Positions 8,891 through 16,630 of a stretch of 21,185 nt of DNA are shown here, piece after piece. The position numbers were made by a program, and so were the translations under genes. The number at the start of each line of letters is the position of its first letter. Within the stretch, counting starts at the first letter, position 1. Source of the stretch: Nitrososphaeraceae archaeon (GTDB lineage: Archaea; Thermoproteota; Nitrososphaeria; Nitrososphaerales; Nitrososphaeraceae); contig JBIOZG010000052.1 of the NCBI GenBank assembly GCA_044870765.1, positions 1 to 21,185 of the forward strand, written 5' to 3'. The notes beneath the pieces are model-generated. The model was not told where the DNA came from. It worked only from the letters and a program-made list of their open reading frames with translations, and searched no databases.

Positions 8891-9235
8891 ATAATTACTA
8901 CGGTTTCGTAACATATAAACATGTCCCTAACCACCAAGAATATTTAAGTCAATGTCGTTTTCCAACACGTAGTAAAATGTGCTATGTTCCCCTTTACTAG
9001 CAAACTTAACCTTATTAACAAAAATAAATAGAACAAAATTACGCTCACCGGACCAGTTACTCATCAAAACGGACTAACCATTAGTTATGTATGTTTCCTA
9101 AGCAAAATACTCGTTATATTGGTACATACAGAATTAATTTTTTGTTTCCAAATATTAGAAAACTTCATTAGGGTCAAATAAATGTCTGTGACACTAAACA
9201 CATAGATAGATATACGATGAGCGTGTATTATAAAC

Positions 9236-9520
9236 ATGCACAATTCTCTTTACGGAAATTATCCTCTTAGTAATAAACATAGACCAACCCCAACTGTGCG
9301 ACCAGTGAATAGATCCAAGAAGCAACTCCAAGAGTTCCGGGACATTATTTCAAACCCCAGAACATCTCAAGATTCAAAAAAAAGGTTTATGGTTGAGAAA
9401 GGAGGCGGTTATTGTTCTATGTGTGGTGATATAGCAACTCAAATAGCAAGTTATGATTTGATTGATGCTACGCTAGTAGAAAAGTATTGTGACACTTGTC
9501 TAGCAAGGGGAATTAATTAA
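9236..9520 (+). CDS. Small zinc-finger protein (CxxC...YCxxC)
   Basis: GGYCSMCGDIATQIASY...VEKYCDTC with a basic N-terminus. Confidence 0.8.
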   Translation: MHNSLYGNYPLSNKHRPTPTVRPVNRSKKQLQEFRDIISNPRTSQDSKKRFMVEKGGGYCSMCGDIATQIASYDLIDATLVEKYCDTCLARGIN

Positions 9521-9732
9521 AAATGGACTATTTTAAGCAAGAATGACACCATAGTAACAAAATTCTTCTAAAAAAGTCATTTTACATGATTCAAGTCCCA
9601 AATACTCATTACCAAATATGAGGAAGAAATATTTTGCCAGACTAGTATTTAATGTGAAAAAAATCTTCGAAATCATGCTCAAAACATAAACACTGGGCTA
9701 TAAGGTTATTAAATTGCATAACAGTATGCTGT

Positions 9733-10611
9733 TTGATGACCGAAGCTGATAAGTTCGGTGCAGTTAAGGATGCAACAGTGGCGATAGGTCTTGCCAACAA
9801 AGATACAAAAGATGTCATAAGTAGTTTTGGTACAGGTTTTTTCATAGGCGGAGAATACATTGTCAGCTCTGCACATATTTTTAGTCAATGCATTAAGTAT
9901 AATGCTCAGAATAAGGATAAGAATAAGGGTATGGAAGGAATATATTCCGCATTCAACATTACCACAAATGGAGATCAGCTTGAGCTTAACACGTATCACA
10001 TAATAAAGGCTATCAGACTACCCCCTGTTAGAGAAGTTATGGGATTTACCGGGTCAGTAGACCTAGATATAGGGATAGGAAAGCTAGATCGTCATTCAGA
10101 TAATTTCTTACATATCAAGGAACCTACCCAATTGAAACTTTACGACGAGATTGTAATATGTGGTTTTCCTAGTGGAAGAATATCGTTGGTTCTGTATAGA
10201 AATAAACATGAAGATGGAATGGGAATCCATTTACGCCCCATAATTCAATTTGGACGTATTGCGGGATTAATGCCCTATGATGACAGTAACAACCCATGGG
10301 GAATACAAACGGATATCGTTGCCATGGGAGGTTCCAGCGGCTCGCCTATTATAGATCCGAGCAGCGGAGAAGTAATAGGTATGGCTCAGCAAGTTATTGC
10401 AACAATGACTACAGTAGACAAGGAGGGAATGCCATCAAACCTATTTGAATTGACTAAAGGTCCATTGTATGGAATAGCTCCGATCGGATTAGCTTACGGC
10501 GTCACCAATCAGATATTATCGCCGCTTCCTCATATTTGTAAAGATTATTTTGAAAAAGGTCTTCCCCCCGACTTTTTATTTGATAGTACGGGACCTATAG
10601 AACTTTTCTGA
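9733..10611 (+). CDS. Trypsin-like serine protease (S1/Trypsin_2), no signal peptide
   Basis: GTGFFIGG, SSAH (His), DIGIG (Asp), GFP, and GGSSGSP (Ser) followed by GEVIGM. Confidence 0.9.
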   Translation: MMTEADKFGAVKDATVAIGLANKDTKDVISSFGTGFFIGGEYIVSSAHIFSQCIKYNAQNKDKNKGMEGIYSAFNITTNGDQLELNTYHIIKAIRLPPVREVMGFTGSVDLDIGIGKLDRHSDNFLHIKEPTQLKLYDEIVICGFPSGRISLVLYRNKHEDGMGIHLRPIIQFGRIAGLMPYDDSNNPWGIQTDIVAMGGSSGSPIIDPSSGEVIGMAQQVIATMTTVDKEGMPSNLFELTKGPLYGIAPIGLAYGVTNQILSPLPHICKDYFEKGLPPDFLFDSTGPIELF

Positions 10612-10939
10612 TTTCATTTATTTTAAAATTTGTCATCTAGATAACCATGGAATATCAAAAATTGTTACTAATATTCGCACAAGTTTGAACATCAACTCGA
10701 AATGATATAATAATTTTACAGTTTGTTAACTATCCATCTAGTGAAGCATCAAATAGACCTAATGAAGTTTGGAGGATTACTTATCTACCATCTCCATCGA
10801 GTTATCTGTTTTGAGGATCGTTTAGCTGATCGTATTAGAAACATAAATGGAATTTCATTGAATGAATTTTAACGTCTATCCGTATAGGTAAATTATTACT
10901 CAAAGCTAAGTTTAATTTGAATCAAGTACAATTAGATTT

Positions 10940-11425
10940 ATGGAAGACCTGGAAAAGGAGTTAGGGCCTTTAATAGAAAATTTTCAAAATCTAGTGAAGG
11001 ATGCCAAAGCAAAGAAGCTCGAATCATTAAGAGAGGATGAAGATTTCAAAGAGGAATTTAATCAATTGTCGAAGGATGTTATTGAACCAGTGATGAGAAA
11101 ATTCGAGAGTTACTTAGATAGTAAAGATGTGAACTCAAGTGTTAATATCCAATCACAAATTGTTGCCGGAAAAAATCCTAGTATTGAATTCAGTTTGCAT
11201 CTTAAATTGACACATGAATCGAGATATCCTAATATTAAATTCTCATCATCCGGCGAAAAAATATCAGTTCAAGAAGAACGGTTGATGACTAAGGATGAAG
11301 TCAGTCAGGATATGATACCAGAATATTATGATAACGAACTAATAACGGAGGAATTTGTCAAGGAAAGACTCATCAGACTAATTAAGTCATGCTTTGATAA
11401 AGATTGGCAATCATTTTACTCCTAA
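10940..11425 (+). CDS. Hypothetical cytoplasmic protein
   Basis: 161-aa ATG ORF, charged, alpha/beta pattern. No family recognised. Confidence 0.8.
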   Translation: MEDLEKELGPLIENFQNLVKDAKAKKLESLREDEDFKEEFNQLSKDVIEPVMRKFESYLDSKDVNSSVNIQSQIVAGKNPSIEFSLHLKLTHESRYPNIKFSSSGEKISVQEERLMTKDEVSQDMIPEYYDNELITEEFVKERLIRLIKSCFDKDWQSFYS

Positions 11426-11724
11426 ATGATACTAATTTAATGTAGATTCACATTGTAAACAATAAACGATGCGAATTCTACCAGCACATGTTAACACTCA
11501 TGTTATATCGCTACACTTGCGATTAGTATACTTGAATTGTACGATAGTTCTTTAAACGCCTGTTTGGAATTGGATCCGAATTGTTAACAATGCGAAACCT
11601 GACTGGACATGTAAAATACAAGTGTATCCCATTCCTCTTACATCCTGTTTAATCAATAAATGTTAAGAAATTAGAGATGGATTAAATATCAAATTTATAT
11701 GTCAAATACGGTGGATCTACGATA

Positions 11725-12666
11725 TTGACATCTTATTATCTTCTTTTTTGTATTGGCCTATCTTTACTGCTTATGATTCCTCAGTATACGTATTCAAGTT
11801 TATTTAACGTAGCAACTGTTGGTGACTGGGGATGCAATGATAATTCCAAGAATACTTTAAAAAATATTTCAAGTAAAAAACCGGAATTAATTCTTGCACT
11901 CGGAGACCTCTCGTACCAGAAAACTGCTGAATGCTGGCTTGAAATAATGTCCCCAGTAGATAACATAACTAGCATAGTCCGAGGAGACCATGACAATGAT
12001 TTTCGTACTAGTCAATATATGGAGCATTTCAACATGTCAAGTGAATTTTATTCATTTAATCATTTCAATATTCATTTTATGATAATGTCCACAGAATTAC
12101 CATATGAAATAGGATCTAAACAATATGAATTTGTCAAGTCAGATTTAGATAATACACTAACGAATTCGTCCATCAAGTGGATAATAATCGCATACCATCA
12201 ACCTGCATATATATCGCCAAATGATTGTCAAGGGTGTAGTCCAAGGGTAACTTTAAGAGAAGTGTACCATCCCTTGTTTGATAGATATAATGTTGATCTG
12301 GTATTACAAGCACATAGTCATAATTATGAAAGAAGTTATCCCATGCTATACAACAACAAGGATTCAGAGAACCCTATAATAGTCAATACAAACAAAAACA
12401 ATTACAATTACGATATTAATAATTTTCATGGAACCATCTTTGCTACCGTTGGAACCGGAGGAGCAGAACTTCATAATTTTAAACTAAAGGCTCCTTATAT
12501 TGTAACACAGCACCGTGGTTTTGGTTTCTTGAATTTAGAGCTTATAAACAATGGTACTAGACTAAATAGTACCTTCTATGATAACAATGGAACAGTATCA
12601 GACCAATTTATTATTGACAAATTAGTGAGTACACAGGCAAATTTAGCTTACAATGCTACTTCTTGA
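11725..12666 (+). CDS. Secreted calcineurin-like metallophosphoesterase (purple acid phosphatase-like)
   Basis: Signal peptide and motifs GDWG, GDLSY, GDHD, YHQP, AHSHNYER, VGTGG. Confidence 0.9.
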   Translation: MTSYYLLFCIGLSLLLMIPQYTYSSLFNVATVGDWGCNDNSKNTLKNISSKKPELILALGDLSYQKTAECWLEIMSPVDNITSIVRGDHDNDFRTSQYMEHFNMSSEFYSFNHFNIHFMIMSTELPYEIGSKQYEFVKSDLDNTLTNSSIKWIIIAYHQPAYISPNDCQGCSPRVTLREVYHPLFDRYNVDLVLQAHSHNYERSYPMLYNNKDSENPIIVNTNKNNYNYDINNFHGTIFATVGTGGAELHNFKLKAPYIVTQHRGFGFLNLELINNGTRLNSTFYDNNGTVSDQFIIDKLVSTQANLAYNATS

Positions 12667-12814
12667 GATTAGTAAATAAATACGCGCGTTACAGAAGAGG
12701 TCAAGGAAGTATGACCCGAGCTAAATTAGAATGAAAAGAGTGGAGTAATATTATATTATATAGAAGTAATATCCGATAACGAACTAGTTATTTTTATAAG
12801 GATATCGAAATTCA

Positions 12815-13078
12815 CTACTTTGGCTTTAGTCTGGTGGAAAGCTTAACGTACCTGACCCAGGATTGATCGGATAGCTCAGATATGGCTTCTTGTGAAATTG
12901 TGGTAGGGATTACTTCTGGAACATTTTTATTAAATGTTAGACCTAATTTCTGTAGATACTCTTTTTCGTCTTGGCCAAGTCCTTTTTTTACACCTACAAA
13001 GACTGGAATGAGATTCTTATCTGTTTCTTCAGACTTTAGCGCGGCAGCAAGAGCAGCGTCGACTTTATTATAGTTCAT
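12815..13078 (-). CDS. Stand-alone subtilase-prodomain-like protein (putative cognate inhibitor/chaperone)
   Basis: Aligns by eye with the N-terminal about 108 aa of the adjacent S8 protein: YNKVDAALAAAL/LEKIDPSLTVVL, VFV/SFV, VIPTTISQEAISELSDQSWVRYVKLSTRLKPK/IRTAFFPLDSLDEVSEDDRIKRIIPAQYLKMK. Only 12 nt from the S8 stop. Confidence 0.7.
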   Translation of the reverse strand: MNYNKVDAALAAALKSEETDKNLIPVFVGVKKGLGQDEKEYLQKLGLTFNKNVPEVIPTTISQEAISELSDQSWVRYVKLSTRLKPK

Positions 13079-13090
13079 TACCTGAACTTA

Positions 13091-14830
13091 TCAAACTTGA
13101 GACATATCAATCAATCCGTGACCCCACTTGGTATCAAATGTATTCTGTGGGTGTCCTGGAATTCGCGCATTGGCACGAAGAATGGACTTCACACCATTTG
13201 GGTCAAGGTTATTGTCTCGTTCCAATAAGAGAGCCACAATTCCAGTAATAAATGGTGTAGCCATACTCGTTCCTGCCATCATTCTCAGACTTTGCGATAC
13301 CATAAATCTTCTATCTAGTTCAGAATCGGCTGATAGAGATGAGCAAATATAGGCTCCTGGAGCTGCAATGTCTGGTTTCTGAATCTCATTTCGAAGAGGC
13401 CCCTCGCTACTGAAATCCGAGATGCTGTCAAGTGTGAACGCGATACTTCGCTGAACGCCATCAATATCTATCCATTTGTTTTTAGTCGTGTACGAAGCTA
13501 CGGTTACTGCTTCAGTCGCAGACCCCGGCGAACCAATTTTTACAGAGTCGCTCACGCTTGTTCCTGTAAAGAATGACTCTTGTTGATCCAAGTTATCAAA
13601 AATCCAAATATCAACTCGGCCATTGTTAATTAACTCTCCACGTAGCAATACCTTCCAAGTCGTTTCAACAGGTAACGAAGATAAATTATGCGGTTCAACA
13701 TAAACAATGAAGTTATGATCACCATTGGATGGGTCAGGAGGCGAAGTAACTATTGTTACTTTTCCATCAGGAAGATCATATTCCCTTGTGGGATCACCGC
13801 CAGTAATGACTTTCTGATAAGGGGTATTGAATCCAGTCGGAGATTTGACACTTATTTTAATTTTGTCTGTACCAGAATACCATCCGTTTAGCGCTGCCCA
13901 TTGAGGTCCTTGTTTAGGGATCATAAAACGAATACTACGAACTTGATTTTTGGCCACCACTTTCTGTGAATGAATATTATCGGTCCCCTCGTTTCCTGCT
14001 GCACAACATACTATTTTACCTGGACCAACTTCAGAGGAAATTATCTGAGATAATGGATCAGTCCCGTCATGAGGATCGAAATGCCCACCAAGACTCAGAT
14101 TAACTACGGCAGGCTTGCCGAGATCTGACGCAACTCGGAATATGTAGCGTATTCCATCAGCTATATGTGCATTTTGAAAGTCGGTTTTGACTATTAAAAA
14201 TTTTGATTTAGGAGCTACTCCTGCAAATTTAGGTTGCATTCCGCCAGCCATACCAGCAACATGCGTCCCATGTCCGTGTACATCTCTTGAGGCCGTAAGC
14301 ATATTTCCAGAAAGCTCCAACCCATAATGCCCCTCGTCGACTCCTGGTCCTGACAATCCCTGATCCCAAATCTTTAGAATTCGACCATCAAAGGAAGCAT
14401 GATTAGGATCGATGCCAGAATCAACGATTCCAATTATGACACCGTTTCCACCTAGACCTGTACTATTTACAAAGGTAGGAAGATTCACCTTTCCGGGAGC
14501 AATATCCATCTTCATTTTCAAGTATTGTGCTGGAATAATCCTTTTGATTCTGTCGTCTTCAGATACTTCATCAAGAGAATCAAGAGGGAAAAACGCGGTT
14601 CTTATCTTGCCCTTCTTTTGATTGACGATAATGTTGCGAGTAACAAGGTTATCAAATTTTGCATTACTATCACAATAAACAAACGATACTAGTCTAGGAA
14701 GCTTGGGAGAATTCTCAGTGGATGAAATTATCCCTAACGAATTCATGTGTTTTTTAAGACCATTCAATCCCTCCAGTTTAAAGTTCTTTAGTACGACTGT
14801 CAGACTAGGATCAATTTTTTCAAGCTTCAT
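13091..14830 (-). CDS. S8 subtilase, CspA/CspB-like with an inserted beta domain, no signal peptide
   Basis: Triad motifs GIVDSGID, HGHGTHVAG and GTSMATP, oxyanion AAGNEG, an insert of about 150 aa before GSPGSA..AVTV, KPDIAAPG, and C-terminal WGHG. SD-like GGAGGA upstream. Confidence 0.95.
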   Translation of the reverse strand: MKLEKIDPSLTVVLKNFKLEGLNGLKKHMNSLGIISSTENSPKLPRLVSFVYCDSNAKFDNLVTRNIIVNQKKGKIRTAFFPLDSLDEVSEDDRIKRIIPAQYLKMKMDIAPGKVNLPTFVNSTGLGGNGVIIGIVDSGIDPNHASFDGRILKIWDQGLSGPGVDEGHYGLELSGNMLTASRDVHGHGTHVAGMAGGMQPKFAGVAPKSKFLIVKTDFQNAHIADGIRYIFRVASDLGKPAVVNLSLGGHFDPHDGTDPLSQIISSEVGPGKIVCCAAGNEGTDNIHSQKVVAKNQVRSIRFMIPKQGPQWAALNGWYSGTDKIKISVKSPTGFNTPYQKVITGGDPTREYDLPDGKVTIVTSPPDPSNGDHNFIVYVEPHNLSSLPVETTWKVLLRGELINNGRVDIWIFDNLDQQESFFTGTSVSDSVKIGSPGSATEAVTVASYTTKNKWIDIDGVQRSIAFTLDSISDFSSEGPLRNEIQKPDIAAPGAYICSSLSADSELDRRFMVSQSLRMMAGTSMATPFITGIVALLLERDNNLDPNGVKSILRANARIPGHPQNTFDTKWGHGLIDMSQV

Positions 14831-14863
14831 AATTATTTTTCATCCTCCATTCTGAGCATCATT

Positions 14864-14980
14864 TTACCTAATTCCTCTTTTGCTTTTTTTATCCCTGGCC
14901 CCAGCTGGAATTGTAATTGTTCTGAATTTGACGCCATATGAAGGATCAGGGAATATATCCTCAGCTTCATTACTCAACAT
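14864..14980 (-). CDS. 38-aa peptide ORF leading the subtilase operon
   Basis: MLSNEAEDIFPDPSYGVKFRTITIPAGARDKKSKRGIR. ATG lies 22-29 nt below a TTTATAAA box, and the ORF ends 33 nt before the S8 start. Confidence 0.6.
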   Translation of the reverse strand: MLSNEAEDIFPDPSYGVKFRTITIPAGARDKKSKRGIR

Positions 14981-15001
14981 ATGACCTTAAAGTAGCCGTA
15001 A

Positions 15002-15009
15002 TTTATAAA
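15002..15009 (-). promoter_or_regulatory. Archaeal TATA box of the peptide-S8-prodomain operon
   Basis: TTTATAAA at canonical leaderless spacing from ATG 14980. Confidence 0.6.
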
Positions 15010-15210
15010 GACTATGCAGCACTTATTAGTTGATAAGTGATCCTTTGATGAGGTATGTTTATAAAAAAGACGTTTATTCTGAGTGTTTTTGAACAAGAAT
15101 ATTTGTTATTAAATATGAATCAAGCAATAATAGGCGTGAAATTCAGTTTCCAGGAGAGATATTCCTAAAGATTTCTTTCAGTGGAGTAAATACAGGATAT
15201 TTATTATTGT

Positions 15211-16251
15211 CTATTCACTTGACTTAAACATTTGAATACGGTCTATAATAAATTCACTTACGTACACATTACCAGAAGAATCGACAGCAACACCCCCTGG
15301 TCCAGAAAATTGGCCTTCTCCACTGCCTGAAGATCCCCACGTTGTAATAAATTTACCATCACTGGTAAACTTCTGAATACGGTCATTACCCTCATCAGTT
15401 ACGTACACATCGCCAGAAGAATCGACAGCAACACCCTGCGGGTTAGAAAATTGACCATCGCCACTGCCTGAAGATCCCCAAGCCCTAAGAAATGAATATT
15501 GTTGCTGTTCCGCAATTGTCGTTGGTTGGGATGGTGTTATTAGTTGGGGCGTTGTCGTAACATTTACTTTGACCTGCTGGGGTAGATACACAGAAACATA
15601 AACTGAGAATATGGCTGCAATTATAGCTCCTATAGCGACTACTAAAACTACAGTCCTTTTCGAACTGAGCCTATATTTTTGCTCCACTCTAGGTGATTTT
15701 GCATGTGGGACCACTGGTGATTCAATTTTAGGCTGGACTTCTGCCTTGGGGACTTCAGGTTTGATTTCTTCTTCCGTGGGGACCTCGGTGTTTTTTATCC
15801 TGTCTTGTTTTGATTCTTTTACCGGTTCTGCTGTTCCCTGTATTGTTGTATCTAACTTTGACTGTAGTTGAACCAAGTGCTTAATTTTACCATATATGTT
15901 TCTGGCTAGTTGATTTTCATTAGCAAATTCAATTCCTTGAAGCTTTCCTATTCCCCACTTTAACTCATTTCCTTTTATTCCACTATAAAAACATGGAATA
16001 ATTTTTTTGTTCTTGTTCTGAGCTTGTAATATCTCTTTTTCTACTTCCTTGCTCTTTAGAGCAGCAAAGGTGACTATTAAAATAAAAATATCACACGAGG
16101 CGATATTATCCTCGATAGTATTATTCCAATCCTCACCAACCTGAATATTGCTTACATCGGTGAAAACACTGTGCTCATCCTCTAATGTTTCAGAGATTTT
16201 TTCAGCAAAGTCACTTGCATCTCTTCTGGAATATGAGACAAATATTTTCAC
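15211..16251 (-). CDS. TIR domain - Pro/Glu linker - transmembrane helix - NHL repeat protein
   Basis: KIFVSYSRRD, VFTD..I..GEDW...I...I..CD.FILIV, S.EV.KE and IIPC (TIR_2). TM VVLVVAIGAIIAAIFSVYVSVYL follows KYRLSSKR. Two WGS.GSG.GQFS.P.GVAVDSSG.VYV....DRIQ.F repeats. GTG start. Confidence 0.92.
   Translation of the reverse strand: MKIFVSYSRRDASDFAEKISETLEDEHSVFTDVSNIQVGEDWNNTIEDNIASCDIFILIVTFAALKSKEVEKEILQAQNKNKKIIPCFYSGIKGNELKWGIGKLQGIEFANENQLARNIYGKIKHLVQLQSKLDTTIQGTAEPVKESKQDRIKNTEVPTEEEIKPEVPKAEVQPKIESPVVPHAKSPRVEQKYRLSSKRTVVLVVAIGAIIAAIFSVYVSVYLPQQVKVNVTTTPQLITPSQPTTIAEQQQYSFLRAWGSSGSGDGQFSNPQGVAVDSSGDVYVTDEGNDRIQKFTSDGKFITTWGSSGSGEGQFSGPGGVAVDSSGNVYVSEFIIDRIQMFKSSE
15233..15480 (-). 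repeat. Two NHL-coding direct repeats, 141-nt period
   Basis: Shared blocks TGAATACGGTC, TACGTACACAT, CCAGAAGAATCGACAGCAACACCC and CCACTGCCTGAAGATCCCCA. Confidence 0.85.
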
Positions 16252-16327
16252 ATTTAACGAGAATAATATGAGTGTGTGTGTTTTAAGCTTTTATCTTCCG
16301 GAAGTAAATGCAATCAACTATAATTTT

Positions 16328-16350
16328 GAACCGATAGCGTCGTGGGTACC
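16328..16350 (+). repeat. Dispersed repeat family B, copy 2 (with GCGTCG/CGACGC hairpin)
   Basis: GAACCGATAGCGTCGTGGGTACC, with the stem GCGTCG-n7-CGACGC extending to 16355. Confidence 0.65.
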
Positions 16351-16630
16351 GACGCATTCGCACCTGTAACAGTTCATGAATATTTTATCTATAGGTACAT
16401 CGTTAGAACCAACGATTAGAAAAGTATTATCGCATTGGATACTAAAAATCGAGGTTTACATTCTTAATTCAAGAAAAATAGGACAATGATCTGACGCTTC
16501 GTAATTACCACTAACATCATGAAATCTTTTATAATCCCACTTGATCTTATTTTCTTCATTTTTTTCATTTAGGTAACTGAATTTTATGCAGTGTGAATTT
16601 CATTTCCATCTAATTAATTAATGTAAGCAG

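Noticed and set aside
8262-9000. ORFs 8262-8447, 8485-8679 and 8818-9000
   Set aside because: Shadows or overlaps of the acidic micro-ORF and the coiled-coil gene.
10723-10872. Short plus-strand frame (..VKHQIDLMKFGG..NEF)
   Set aside because: No motif or convincing promoter; length compatible with chance.
12815-14980. Cyanobactin/lanthipeptide-type RiPP cluster (peptide plus subtilase)
   Set aside because: No modifying enzymes, transporter or repeated core/recognition cassettes, and the protease looks CspA-like rather than PatA/LanP-like.
15211-16251. Canonical Thoeris or CBASS system
   Set aside because: No ThsA (SIR2/Macro/SLOG), cyclase or STING/SAVED partner in the window.
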